From contig JBKJIT010000004.1 in the NCBI GenBank assembly GCA_046598345.1, forward strand, positions 201,226-265,225: a stretch of 64,000 nt of DNA. The letters run 5' to 3'. The stretch is from Minisyncoccia bacterium. Its GTDB lineage: Bacteria > Patescibacteriota > Minisyncoccia > Phycocordibacterales > UBA918. Both the position numbers and the translations under genes were made by a program. Shown one piece after another: positions 51,418 through 61,674 of this stretch (position 1 is its first letter; each line of letters opens with the position of its first letter). The notes beneath the pieces are model-generated. The model was not told the origin of the DNA. It saw only the letters and a program-made list of their open reading frames with translations, and made no database searches.

Positions 51418-54200
51418 TGTGGGAGCGGTTCAAGAACCCTCCTCGTATTTACATGAAGACCAAGGAGAATGAGTACGAGGCCAAGTGCTACAACAGCGAT
51501 TGATCCAACGACGAGCATCATGTGACTACTGAGAAGCGATGGGGCTTCTGATTCCACAATGACAGGATCTGCCGCACGCTCGTCTCCTTGTGCATACGCT
51601 TCAGCTGTTTTCACAAAAGAGAACGGGTTACTTTTAGCAACAATACGTCCGGCATTATCTGTGATCCCCACATATATTTCATGCTCCCCATCTTCAAGTT
51701 CCTTATCAAATATGTAACTCCATGCGCCATCATCATCAGTTTTTACAGTAACCACGATCGGTGTGCTGAAAATGTACAATGTTACAAAACTATTCGGAAG
51801 CCCGGTTCCAGAAATAATTGCAGGTGCTATTTCACTTTCCACAACCTCATCTTCGGTGCGGGGTCGGAGCGCAGAAATTGCAGTCACTTGGAAAAGGTTC
51901 TCATTTGTGATTCCTGATTCGCGAGGAGATTCAAACGCAACGAGTGTTTCACCTTTAGGGTTTTTGGGATCAAAACCACTTCTTATTTCAGCCCCGTCAG
52001 TAAATCCGTCAGCATCGGAATCTGCAGCAAACGGGTCTGTATCATAGAGATTAACTTCATCGTAGTCACTAATTCCATCATAGTCTGAGTCTTTAAGAAC
52101 TGCGTCACCAATACGATTCTTAATCATAGTTTCGTTGCGGACGGTAAGTTCCTCAAGCTCATGCACAATGCGAGTAAGATGTTCGTCGATCTTGGTAAGA
52201 ATTTCCTTTCTCTCAATAGAAAGCGGTACCGTTGTAAGTAGCTCTTCTTTGATTTTCTGAATACGCGCCTTTATTTCTGCGATCATCTCAGCATCATTTT
52301 CTCGCACAGCTCGCGCAAGTAATTCCAAATCTGCATCAATCAAACCTTTGAAGGATTCAAGTATTGGCACAATTCCATCATATTCCTCCGGAGTAACCTC
52401 AATGTCATTCATTATTGCAGTCAGCGGAGTAAGCGTAATTTGAGGCACACCGGGAGGAGGCGGGGATGATGTAGGGTCGTCAGGATCGATTATAGAGTCA
52501 GTAACTTCTGTATTAACTACTCGATATGTTTCAATCTGCTTAATTTCCTCCGGAGTTACTTTTGTGACGATTTCATTTTGCACAACTGCCTTAATGCGAC
52601 TACTCTCAGAAATACCATATTTGTGTTTTGCTCGTGCGAAGACTATGTACACATTATTTGGAGATTGCGTAGTGCGCCACATAAATCTCCATCGTACTTC
52701 ACTTTGCTTTTGTGCGAGTCCTAGGAAAATAGGAGTGAGCGCATTTTCAGGAAGTGCATACACTTCAACAAATGCAGCACCAGGTACGTCAACACTGACA
52801 TCAACGTCACCCTTAAGTGGGTCTGGTTCAGCTATTATTACGATAATGTCTGGCTCAAGCTCTTCAGTGATGCTGTCAGTCAGTATAGTAGGTTCTAAGA
52901 GCTCATTCGCTGTATCGCCTTCTTCAGTTGTTTCAGCAGTGGTCTTTGATTGAGTTCCTCCGTGTTGAATCAAGATAGGCAATACATTGCTCGTCTTCGA
53001 TGTCAGAGGAAATACAACTTGAGCCTTGAGCACATACTCCCCGTTTGCATATTTGGTAGTATCGAGTAAAAAACGCCATGTGCCTGCACTCACAAGTGGT
53101 GCATACCCGAGTAAAGAGAACGAAGAGTCCCCCTCCTTTCGCATCAATAATTTTGCCTGTGTGCCTCCAGCGCCTTTTATGGTAAATGGAACAACCCCAG
53201 TGAGAGCTGAGCCTCCGCCACCCTGAAGTGTGACCAATGATTCGGTAGAGGTTGTTGTGGGAGTGGTCGAAATGATTGTCACTGTTCCTGTCGCCGTCCC
53301 CGAATTTACTAATGTGGTTGTTTCATTCTGTGTCGAAGCCACTCCATCAGTCTGCGAGTTTGTCGTGGTTTCTACCGGATAATTCTCTACGGTCACATAC
53401 GAAGACTCAATATGATCGTAGCTACCAAAACTATTGGTCACAAGTACTTTAAGTTTATACTCTCCATCATTCACCCTCTTTGTATCCCAGTAAAAACGCC
53501 ACATGGTTTCATTGACTTTCACAGCAGTTCCGAGCGTCATGCTTGTAGCTCCGTTTTTATAATACGCATGCAGGGTAACGGCGGTCGCTCGCTCGACATA
53601 GACATTGACAGGAACTATGCCACTCATGGGTGAATTTGTATCTATGACCACATCGATTGCAGGTGTTTGGTTTATCGTAGCCGTAGCTTCAATCGTTCCG
53701 AGAGTGCAGTACGTCTGATTGTAATTAGGACTCCCAGGGTCTGTGCAGTTGTACTGCGTAGATCCGACTTGAGCGGTATTCCCTTCACCCCCAATCACCA
53801 TATTCATATTAAGCAACGCACAGACCGCGCCAATGAGTACAAAAAACACCCCTGAAACACGGGCCATCTGAGACGCCATCTTTGCAGAGTCCAGAGGAAA
53901 ACGGAAGGGTGACAGGAGTGCGAGTTTAACAGACGGTGAAATAATCGGCACAATTTCCTTTGCTTCCTCAGCGCTCCGTTTCTTCTTTTTAATACGTCGA
54001 GTGCGAGATATTTTCTTCTGTGCATTCGACGAGCTATGAATAGGAACAACAGACAGTACGTCGCTCGACTCCACTTTTACTACTTGTTGTTTAGATGAGG
54101 TACGTACAGCTTTGACTGGCTTTACTTTCTTAGGTTTCACTTCTTCCTTAGAAACAGTAATGGCAACCTCATCATGAGAAATAACTTTCTTTCGGGGCAT
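51414..54200 (-). CDS. Large membrane-anchored protein with Ig-like repeats and Ca-binding Dx-DxDG repeats
   Basis: Basic N-terminus, TM, three WDT/LDT..NGxY repeats, DSDYDG/DSDADG, C-terminal TM. Confidence 0.65.
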   Translation of the reverse strand: MPRKKVISHDEVAITVSKEEVKPKKVKPVKAVRTSSKQQVVKVESSDVLSVVPIHSSSNAQKKISRTRRIKKKKRSAEEAKEIVPIISPSVKLALLSPFRFPLDSAKMASQMARVSGVFFVLIGAVCALLNMNMVIGGEGNTAQVGSTQYNCTDPGSPNYNQTYCTLGTIEATATINQTPAIDVVIDTNSPMSGIVPVNVYVERATAVTLHAYYKNGATSMTLGTAVKVNETMWRFYWDTKRVNDGEYKLKVLVTNSFGSYDHIESSYVTVENYPVETTTNSQTDGVASTQNETTTLVNSGTATGTVTIISTTPTTTSTESLVTLQGGGGSALTGVVPFTIKGAGGTQAKLLMRKEGDSSFSLLGYAPLVSAGTWRFLLDTTKYANGEYVLKAQVVFPLTSKTSNVLPILIQHGGTQSKTTAETTEEGDTANELLEPTILTDSITEELEPDIIVIIAEPDPLKGDVDVSVDVPGAAFVEVYALPENALTPIFLGLAQKQSEVRWRFMWRTTQSPNNVYIVFARAKHKYGISESSRIKAVVQNEIVTKVTPEEIKQIETYRVVNTEVTDSIIDPDDPTSSPPPPGVPQITLTPLTAIMNDIEVTPEEYDGIVPILESFKGLIDADLELLARAVRENDAEMIAEIKARIQKIKEELLTTVPLSIERKEILTKIDEHLTRIVHELEELTVRNETMIKNRIGDAVLKDSDYDGISDYDEVNLYDTDPFAADSDADGFTDGAEIRSGFDPKNPKGETLVAFESPRESGITNENLFQVTAISALRPRTEDEVVESEIAPAIISGTGLPNSFVTLYIFSTPIVVTVKTDDDGAWSYIFDKELEDGEHEIYVGITDNAGRIVAKSNPFSFVKTAEAYAQGDERAADPVIVESEAPSLLSSHMMLVVGSIAVVALGLVLILLGLHVNTRRVLEPLPQ

Positions 54201-54243
54201 GTAACCAGTATACGATTTTACGGCCCTAAAAATTCATGAATTT

Positions 54244-56289
54244 TTATGAATCTGTCGATAACTTTCGTTTCTTTTTCAGAGCCTCGAGTGCACGAATCTC
54301 GTCACGCAGGATTGCAGCCGTTTCAAAATCGAGAACTTTAACAGCTTCCTCCATTTGTGTACGCTTATCTTTCAACATTCCTTTCGGATCCTTAGCATAG
54401 AGCTCAGCGTCCACAATAAGAAGTGACTCCACCGTTTTCATATGCTCTGTCTTCATGTGCTCTGTAATATCTTTAATTTCCTTAGCAATGGTCTGCGGAG
54501 TGATTCCATGTTCCTTGTTATACATAAGTTGAATTTCACGTCGTCTATTAGTTTCAGTAATTGCGAACGTGAGTGCCTTAGTAAGTTCGTCAGCATACAG
54601 AAGAACACGACCTTTTATATTCCTTGCAGCACGTCCTATTGTTTGAATAAGCGCTGTTTCAGATCGAAGAAATCCCTCCTTGTCTGCATCAAGAATAGCG
54701 ACCAGTTCCACTTCAGGTAGATCGAGCCCTTCCCGAAGCAAGTTTACACCAACGATACAATCAAACACTCCTTTTCTAAAATCTGTCAGAATCTGAATGC
54801 GTTCCATCGTCTTTATATCACTGTGAATATATTTTGAACTCACGCCACGTTCCGTAAGAAACTCCGAAAGATCTTCTGCCATCTGTTTTGTAAGCGTGGT
54901 AACTAGCACTCGCCCTTTCTGGGTTATTGTTTTAACAGACTCTTCAATAAAATCCTTAATTTGCCCAGGATAACTTCCTTTTTCACTCACTGGTCGCACA
55001 TCGATTATTGGGTCCACAAGGCCTGTTGGACGAATGATCTGGTCAACAAGCTGTCCTCTTTTTCCATCAACTCGAGCAAATTCGTACTTACCTGGCGTTG
55101 CCGAAGTGTAAATCCTTTGACCAACACGCTCTTCAAATTCTTCAAAATTAAGTGGACGATTATCAATTGCACTCGGAAGACGAAAACCATGCTCAACCAG
55201 TGTGAGCTTCCTTGAACGATCTCCTGCGTACATACCTCCGAGCTGTGGAATAGTCACATGGGACTCATCAATCACTGTAAGAAAATCGGGTTTCCCGTCC
55301 TTAGTGTGCGGAAAATACGAGAGGAGCGTATACGGGGCTTCCCCGGTCTTTCGTCCATCAAAATGCCGTGAGTAGTTCTCAATACCATTGCAGTAACCAA
55401 CCTCGCGTATAAGTGCAAGATCATGGTCTGTTCGGCGTTTCAGACGTTGCGCCTCAAGCAGCTTTTCTTCTTTTTTAAATTTCTGTAACTGTTCATCCAG
55501 TTCGAGCTTGATATCTTCAATCGCACGTTTTCGCTCACCTTCAGGTGTCACAAAATGTTTTGCAGGAAACAGAAAAAACACTTCACTCTCCTCGATTATC
55601 GATCGTGATATCGCATCGATCTTTGTGATTGCTGAAACACTGTTTCCAGTGAATCCAAGACGATAAATAACCCGATCATTAATCGGCATAATCTCAATCT
55701 TATTTCCCACAGCACGAAAATGACCGGGTGTAAGATCAGCATTCGTACGCTCAAAGTACATGGACACGAGAAGTCTGAGCATATCCGCTCGGGAAATTAC
55801 AAAACCCTTTTCAATTTTCTTATGTACCTTTTCGTATTCGATTGGAGAGCCCAAACCATAAATGCACGAAACTGATGCAACAATAATCACGTCCTTTCGT
55901 GTAAGAAGCGCCTGTGTGGAGGCGTGACGAAGACGATCTATTTCCTCATTGATCATTGCCTCTTTTTCAATATACGTATCTGAAATTGGCATGTACGCCT
56001 CAGGCTGGTAGTAGTCATAATATGAAACAAAGTAATGGACGGCATTGTCAGGGAAAAAATCACGGTACTCTTGCGCAAGCTGTGCAGCGAGCGTTTTATT
56101 GTGTGCGATTACGAGCGTGGGTTTCTGCACGTACTGAATCACGTTCGCAGCCGTAAACGTTTTACCAGACCCAGTTACTCCAAGAAGAGTCTGGTGTTTC
56201 ATTCCCATTTCGTAACCTCTGACGAGCTTTTCGATCGCTTTTGGCTGGTCGCCTGCTGGAGTTTTGTCTGTAGAGAGCTTAAATTGCAT
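54244..56289 (-). CDS. uvrB: Excinuclease ABC subunit B
   Basis: GVTGSGKT, YYDYYQPEAY, DESH, NLLREGLD, C-terminal UVR. Confidence 0.97.
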   Translation of the reverse strand: MQFKLSTDKTPAGDQPKAIEKLVRGYEMGMKHQTLLGVTGSGKTFTAANVIQYVQKPTLVIAHNKTLAAQLAQEYRDFFPDNAVHYFVSYYDYYQPEAYMPISDTYIEKEAMINEEIDRLRHASTQALLTRKDVIIVASVSCIYGLGSPIEYEKVHKKIEKGFVISRADMLRLLVSMYFERTNADLTPGHFRAVGNKIEIMPINDRVIYRLGFTGNSVSAITKIDAISRSIIEESEVFFLFPAKHFVTPEGERKRAIEDIKLELDEQLQKFKKEEKLLEAQRLKRRTDHDLALIREVGYCNGIENYSRHFDGRKTGEAPYTLLSYFPHTKDGKPDFLTVIDESHVTIPQLGGMYAGDRSRKLTLVEHGFRLPSAIDNRPLNFEEFEERVGQRIYTSATPGKYEFARVDGKRGQLVDQIIRPTGLVDPIIDVRPVSEKGSYPGQIKDFIEESVKTITQKGRVLVTTLTKQMAEDLSEFLTERGVSSKYIHSDIKTMERIQILTDFRKGVFDCIVGVNLLREGLDLPEVELVAILDADKEGFLRSETALIQTIGRAARNIKGRVLLYADELTKALTFAITETNRRREIQLMYNKEHGITPQTIAKEIKDITEHMKTEHMKTVESLLIVDAELYAKDPKGMLKDKRTQMEEAVKVLDFETAAILRDEIRALEALKKKRKLSTDS

Positions 56290-56363
56290 GAGAGTGAGTA
56301 TATCTTAATTTCTGAACTAAAAAAATGCCGGCTCGCTTTGGCAAACCGACATTGGTACTCGCG

Positions 56364-57011
56364 TCACACAGGTTTTCTCATTGCTTCCTCCAGCTCATGA
56401 ATCATGAACACCTGGCGCTCAGCGAGAGGGAGATAATGTGCTCGTGTTTCCGCAAACTTCTCTTGACGATACCTGACGCTTCTTTCTTCTTCCCATGCAT
56501 CCATAAGGTTTTCAACTCGATCCGCAATTTTGATAAGAGCAGGCGGACGAGGCATGATGATGAATGTTGAAAAAAATGCATGATTCCGAGCATCCTTGTC
56601 ACCGTTGAAGTCTTCAAGCTTTCCTTTTGATGTCCACCCGACAATTTCAGCGACCTCAGGATTAAACTGAAGCGCTAGCCTTGACTCCGGCCAGCGTTGC
56701 TTGTCTTCCCCAGTGTCATGATGAAGTGCGGCACATAGGGTATTTGCATCGTAAATCCTGTAGTACATGAGAACGAGAGTAACCCTCCTCAGATGCTCAA
56801 AATACCGCTCACCACTGAGACGTCTGTCTTCAGCAAAGATCTCCTTGGCGGTTTCATAGCCCCTCATCACGAGCCGCGATTCTGGGCTATACTCCGGATA
56901 CCGTTGGCCTAGTAAAGCTTGAAAGGACTTCTTGTCTGGATGCGTTGCAAAGAACGCTTTAATCTCTTTAAGCACGGATTTCTCCTTTTGCTGTGATGTA
57001 AAGTGATTCAA
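56364..57011 (-). CDS. HD-domain protein (RelA/SpoT hydrolase-like)
   Basis: R.SGERYFEH, HHDTGED, IKIADR; no synthetase domain. Confidence 0.75.
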   Translation of the reverse strand: MNHFTSQQKEKSVLKEIKAFFATHPDKKSFQALLGQRYPEYSPESRLVMRGYETAKEIFAEDRRLSGERYFEHLRRVTLVLMYYRIYDANTLCAALHHDTGEDKQRWPESRLALQFNPEVAEIVGWTSKGKLEDFNGDKDARNHAFFSTFIIMPRPPALIKIADRVENLMDAWEEERSVRYRQEKFAETRAHYLPLAERQVFMIHELEEAMRKPV

Positions 57012-57035
57012 TCTTGCAACCTAGCGTATCAAAAG

Positions 57036-58241
57036 TCAATTGCCTGCAAGAACTCGCTCGCGAATATTTTTTGTCCAATTCACGATGAAGTATAGGTTAT
57101 GTAGTGAAGCGAGATGTGCTCCAAGGATTTCTTCTGAACGGAAAAGGTGTGCAAGGTAGGCCTTCGTGTAGTGGGTACAGACATAGCAATCACATCCCTC
57201 GTCTGGTTTTGAAAAGTCTCTCTGGTAAACGGTATTTTTTAAATTAATCTTAGTTGTGCCATCGTTTGTATGTGCATAGATGGTGCCCGTACGTGCAAGC
57301 CGCGTTGGGAGCACGCAGTCAAATGTGTCGCACCCCATTCGTACACCATTTACAATATCTTCCGGTTCACCAATGCCAAGTAAATGTCGGGGTTTATCTT
57401 CCGGCAAAATTTCATTCACAACACGGAGTGACTCACCAAGGTCTTCTTTTGAAAATGAACCTCCAATACCAAAACCATCAAAATCCATAGCGCTCAGTGT
57501 CCGTGCACTTTCTTGGCGCAGATCAGTGTATCGTCCACCTTGTACGACACCGTAGAGACCCTGTTTCTTCAGTGCTCCGTAATCTTGTTTGTGAGCCAGA
57601 ACTGAGCGCTTTGCCCACCGATGCGTCCGATCCATTGCTTCTTTTTGATACTCATACGCTGCTCCTGGGGATGTGCACTCATCAAATGCAACAATTATAT
57701 CTGCACCGATAGCATGCTGAATTTCAATTGATCGTTCAGCGGTGAAGCGGTGCATAGAACCATCGTGATGTGAAGTGAAGGTAACCCCCTCCTCGTCGAT
57801 AACACAGAGCTTCCCATGACTCTCCGCAAGTTCTTTCGAATATACATTAAGACCCTGTTTAGGCGCTATGCTTTCGTCAACATCTTCCTTGGCAAACTTT
57901 GTTACCCCTTTACCAAATGCAGCTCCAAGCGAAAACACCTGGAATCCGCCAGAATCTGTCATGAGTGGACCATTCCAGTTCATAAATGCATGGAGCCCAC
58001 CAGCTTCTTTTATGATTTCCGCTCCAGGCTGAAGATAGAGGTGGTAGGTGTTTGCGAGCGCAACTTGATTCCCTACATACTCGCGCATATCTTCAGACTT
58101 CACTGACTTCACCGTGCCCTTAGTACCCACAACAACGAACGCTGGAGTTTCAATGTCTCCATGTGGGGTATGAATAACACCAACGCGAGCGAGTGTTCCT
58201 CGCTCGCGTTTTAGAATTTCAAAGGTAACTGGAGCAGCCAT
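57036..58241 (-). CDS. tgt: tRNA-guanine transglycosylase
   Basis: TDSGGFQ, FDECT, VQGG, DTFDCVLPTR, CDCYVC...HN. Confidence 0.95.
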   Translation of the reverse strand: MAAPVTFEILKRERGTLARVGVIHTPHGDIETPAFVVVGTKGTVKSVKSEDMREYVGNQVALANTYHLYLQPGAEIIKEAGGLHAFMNWNGPLMTDSGGFQVFSLGAAFGKGVTKFAKEDVDESIAPKQGLNVYSKELAESHGKLCVIDEEGVTFTSHHDGSMHRFTAERSIEIQHAIGADIIVAFDECTSPGAAYEYQKEAMDRTHRWAKRSVLAHKQDYGALKKQGLYGVVQGGRYTDLRQESARTLSAMDFDGFGIGGSFSKEDLGESLRVVNEILPEDKPRHLLGIGEPEDIVNGVRMGCDTFDCVLPTRLARTGTIYAHTNDGTTKINLKNTVYQRDFSKPDEGCDCYVCTHYTKAYLAHLFRSEEILGAHLASLHNLYFIVNWTKNIRERVLAGN

Positions 58242-58786
58242 TACTTAATCTCCACCAGTTCAAGTGCAAAGACCAAGTTTGAGCCAGCTGGAATAGGCCC
58301 CACCTGTCTGTTTCCATATGCCATGCTTGCGGGAATGACGAGAATACGATTGCCGCCAACTTTCATGCCAATCAATCCCTTATCCCATCCTTCAATAACC
58401 TTACCTTCTCCAACTCTAAAAGTATATGGCTCTCCACGAGTGTATGAATTATCAAACTGCACGCCGTCTTGCGTGGTTCCAATGTAGTTAACACTGATCG
58501 TATCCCCTTCCTTCACAGCTTCACCAGTTCCAACTTTAATATCATCAATTACGAGACGCACAAGCTCCCCGCTTGCGGTTGCTGCTTCACCGAGTGCTTG
58601 TGCAAGCTCTCCGTCGCTTCTAAGCGTAGTATCACCCTCAACTACTAATGCGCCTTGCGTATTTGGCTCAATTGAAGCAAGTGGTGAATTTTCAACGCCC
58701 TTGAACCGAACCATTGCAAGCGCTACCGCCATAATTGCAATACTGAAGAAGATACCCAGGGCCTCAAATTTTGTGACAGCATTCAT
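58241..58786 (-). CDS. FKBP-type peptidyl-prolyl isomerase, membrane anchored
   Basis: VNYIG..FDNS..VIEGWD.GL..IPASMAYG. Confidence 0.93.
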   Translation of the reverse strand: MNAVTKFEALGIFFSIAIMAVALAMVRFKGVENSPLASIEPNTQGALVVEGDTTLRSDGELAQALGEAATASGELVRLVIDDIKVGTGEAVKEGDTISVNYIGTTQDGVQFDNSYTRGEPYTFRVGEGKVIEGWDKGLIGMKVGGNRILVIPASMAYGNRQVGPIPAGSNLVFALELVEIK

Positions 58787-58841
58787 ATGTAATTAGTTAA
58801 CCCGTCCATAATAGCCATGATTCACAAATATGCAAACTGAG

Positions 58842-59861
58842 TCAGCGTTTTGTACTAAAATGCATTCGTCCAACATCATCGACGTGTAGGAGATCATCTG
58901 GTACAAATGACTGAACAAACACAAGCCCTTCTGCCCTTGACATGGGATTCGGCTGGCCCTTTTTCTCTATACTCGTTACCGGAATTAAAGTGAAATTAAT
59001 ATTCTCCTCTTTCAAAGTGAGTACCAGTGCCAATCCCTTCTGAACTATCTCAGAAAAATACTGATCAAATACAAAATTACCGAGTGAATAAAAAATTGCT
59101 TTTTCTTTGTAGACCTCAATATCTTGCACAACATGCGGGTGATGACCAATCACCGCGTCCACACCAGAGTCAATAAGAAAATGTGCCAGAGCTTCTTGCT
59201 CAACGCTATGCACTGCCTCGTATTCTGTTCCCCAATGCACATATACAATCTGAATATCAGTTGCTTTTTCGAGTGCTTGGAGCTCTCGTGTAAGCACCGC
59301 TTCGTCTGGAGACGCGAAGAGTGTGTGGAGGAATACCAAACCTACGTCTGTGCTTCCCACCTGTACCGTTTCAATTATAAATGGAACTTCATTGAAAGGG
59401 TGCCCCTGACAGCGCATCGCAACTTCAGCACAAACCAATTTGGTGTTAAAGAATCCTTCATTCCCGTAGTCGAGGCTATGATTATTTGCAAGCGAAAGTA
59501 CGTCAAATCCAACTTGGGAAAGTGTTTGCATGAACGGTTTGTCTATTGAAAATAGAAACGTGAGTTCAGGGGTTTGTGTATGTATTTCGGGTATTGCTCC
59601 TTCAAAATTCCCAATAGACACATTTGATTCAGATATGTGCGATCTCATTGCGTCAAAGAAATAATCTGAACCATGCTCTCTACCCCATGTTTCTACTTTC
59701 CGCCCGAGCATGATATCTCCTGCAAAAAACATTGTTCCTTCTGTATATCGGTTACCTATGAGGCCCCACGCACCTTGAAAAACCGGACTTGGAAACCCCA
59801 GATGCCATGAAAGCATAAACCCCCAGATAAGGGAGAGTATAAAACTGAAAATAATACCCAT
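58842..59861 (-). CDS. CapA/PGA_cap family metallophosphoesterase
   Basis: GDIM, GNFEG, ANNHSLDYG, HWG, GHHPH, YSLGNF. Confidence 0.9.
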   Translation of the reverse strand: MGIIFSFILSLIWGFMLSWHLGFPSPVFQGAWGLIGNRYTEGTMFFAGDIMLGRKVETWGREHGSDYFFDAMRSHISESNVSIGNFEGAIPEIHTQTPELTFLFSIDKPFMQTLSQVGFDVLSLANNHSLDYGNEGFFNTKLVCAEVAMRCQGHPFNEVPFIIETVQVGSTDVGLVFLHTLFASPDEAVLTRELQALEKATDIQIVYVHWGTEYEAVHSVEQEALAHFLIDSGVDAVIGHHPHVVQDIEVYKEKAIFYSLGNFVFDQYFSEIVQKGLALVLTLKEENINFTLIPVTSIEKKGQPNPMSRAEGLVFVQSFVPDDLLHVDDVGRMHFSTKR

Positions 59862-59870
59862 TTTGACTCG

Positions 59871-60269
59871 CTATACTTCGAACGGTCCTATCTTAAGGAT
59901 ATATAGCGCAAAAGTAAAACTTACTCCTGCAAGTATAAACGACACACAGAAGACTGTGGCGCCATGAATCATTTTAACGAAGGTTGTTTCTCTTCCTGAT
60001 GCACTGTGTTTCAGTAGCGCATCTTCGTGAGCGTGTACATGAATATTGCATAACGAGAGCACTGATTCGGGACTTAGAGTATCAACACGAAAAAGGGATT
60101 TTTCGCGCTTCTCTCCTGAGTCAGTTCCTCGCAGGACAGTAACTGCCTCCCTTGCCTCAAGGCCAGTCCATCCCACTTCTTTGAGTTTAAGGATTATTGA
60201 ATCATCACTGTCAGCAACGGGTATATCATTGATGCGGAGAAAACTCTCAACATATGGTTTCGCAACCAT
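59871..60269 (-). CDS. Hypothetical protein with C-terminal TM
   Basis: 132-aa ORF in operon spacing. Confidence 0.55.
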   Translation of the reverse strand: MVAKPYVESFLRINDIPVADSDDSIILKLKEVGWTGLEAREAVTVLRGTDSGEKREKSLFRVDTLSPESVLSLCNIHVHAHEDALLKHSASGRETTFVKMIHGATVFCVSFILAGVSFTFALYILKIGPFEV

Positions 60270-60271
60270 AC

Positions 60272-61303
60272 TTAGGATTGCCCTTTACGCACCTGAATGG
60301 CATAGAGTTCAAGGAGTACTGTAAAGAGACTGATTATAACTGGTCCCAAAATAAACCCAATTGGTCCAAATAGCACGATTCCTCCCAATACTGAAAGTAG
60401 GATTAGAAGTGGGTGGAGTGAGTTTCCTCTACTCATGAGATACGGCCCGAGCATGTTATCGATCATACCCACAGCAATTACGCCCCACACAGCAAGTCCT
60501 CCAGCAAGCAAATGAGAGCCAGTCACAATAAGATAGATGACAGCTGGAATAAAGACGATCGTTGTTCCTACCCCTGGGACGAGTGCTCCGATCGCAGCGA
60601 CAGCACCCCAGAGCACTGCATGCTCAAATCCAAAGAGTGAAAGTCCAACACCAGTAAGTACTCCTTGAATGAGTGCAACAAGTACAGTGCCGAGCGCAAC
60701 TGAGCGTATCGAGCGAGAGAGGCGCTTTATGATTAGTTCGTCCTGTACATTCTTAAGAGGACTAATTTGGATAAGAAAATTTGTAAATGTCTTCCCGTCC
60801 CGAAAAAAATAAAACGATGAAATAAGTGCGATGAAAAAAAGAAAAAGAGTTGACGCAGTACCAGCAAAAAAACTAACTAGGTGACTCGCAATGAACTCTG
60901 CTGCCTGAGCAATGAAACTTGAGAGGTCAAGAGAAAACCCAGGAATGAAGCGACCAACGAGTGCCTCAATATATTCAACAGCTCCACTAAATGAAAGGTA
61001 CGTTGTTGAGTTAACGAGTGAGTACATCGAGAGTGCTTCGCGTAAAATAAATGAACCGATAACAACGAGCGGAAAGAACACAATGAGCACTACAAACAGC
61101 ACTGTGAGGAATGCAGCGAGAGAAGCGTTGCGTTTTGGGGTACGCGCTAGGATTCGTTCATATACCGGATAGCAGATAGTTACAATAATGGCTGCAAGCG
61201 CAATCGCGCCACTAAATGGTGCGAGAAGCTTCCACGTGAGAAATGCAACACCTCCAAGGATTGCAAAGAAGAAAATATACTCAATGAGTTTATTTGAAAG
61301 CAT
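60272..61303 (-). CDS. AI-2E family transporter
   Basis: FYFFRDG, IDNMLGP, HPLLILLSVLGG..FG..G..LGP. Confidence 0.92.
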   Translation of the reverse strand: MLSNKLIEYIFFFAILGGVAFLTWKLLAPFSGAIALAAIIVTICYPVYERILARTPKRNASLAAFLTVLFVVLIVFFPLVVIGSFILREALSMYSLVNSTTYLSFSGAVEYIEALVGRFIPGFSLDLSSFIAQAAEFIASHLVSFFAGTASTLFLFFIALISSFYFFRDGKTFTNFLIQISPLKNVQDELIIKRLSRSIRSVALGTVLVALIQGVLTGVGLSLFGFEHAVLWGAVAAIGALVPGVGTTIVFIPAVIYLIVTGSHLLAGGLAVWGVIAVGMIDNMLGPYLMSRGNSLHPLLILLSVLGGIVLFGPIGFILGPVIISLFTVLLELYAIQVRKGQS

Positions 61304-61333
61304 ATACGAGTATTCTACCTTGGAAAGGAAATT

Positions 61334-61368
61334 AAAAAAGGGTCAAGCAGTGTGCGCTTGACCCTTTT
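61334..61368 (-). terminator. Intrinsic terminator
   Basis: AAAAAAGGGTCAAGC-agtgtgc-GCTTGACCCTTTT. Confidence 0.85.
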
Positions 61369-61372
61369 CTCT

Positions 61373-61519
61373 TTACTCAAGATTCTGTCTTGAAGCGAGT
61401 GCTGCAGCTTCAAGTGTCTCAAATGTGGCTTTACCGGCCGTATCGAGAGCAGCAAAACTTTGAGTAAAAAGATGTGACGCATACCAAAGTATGATCACAA
61501 AACCTATTGCTCTCCACAT
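61373..61519 (-). CDS. 48-aa small membrane protein (below the ORF-track cutoff)
   Basis: MWRAIGFVIILWYASHLFTQSFAALDTAGKATFETLEAAALASRQNLE, followed directly by a terminator. Confidence 0.6.
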   Translation of the reverse strand: MWRAIGFVIILWYASHLFTQSFAALDTAGKATFETLEAAALASRQNLE

Positions 61520-61674
61520 ACATATGATTTAGCGAATGCTACCTTCCCCGACGAGAGAAGACTGGATAATTTCCGCAGTCGCTAGGAGAGTTGGGAAGAA
61601 CCCCGAACTTTCTGTAGTATATCACAAAACTGGAAACTGTAAAGTTTCATGGAGATTTCATATTTTAAAATACA

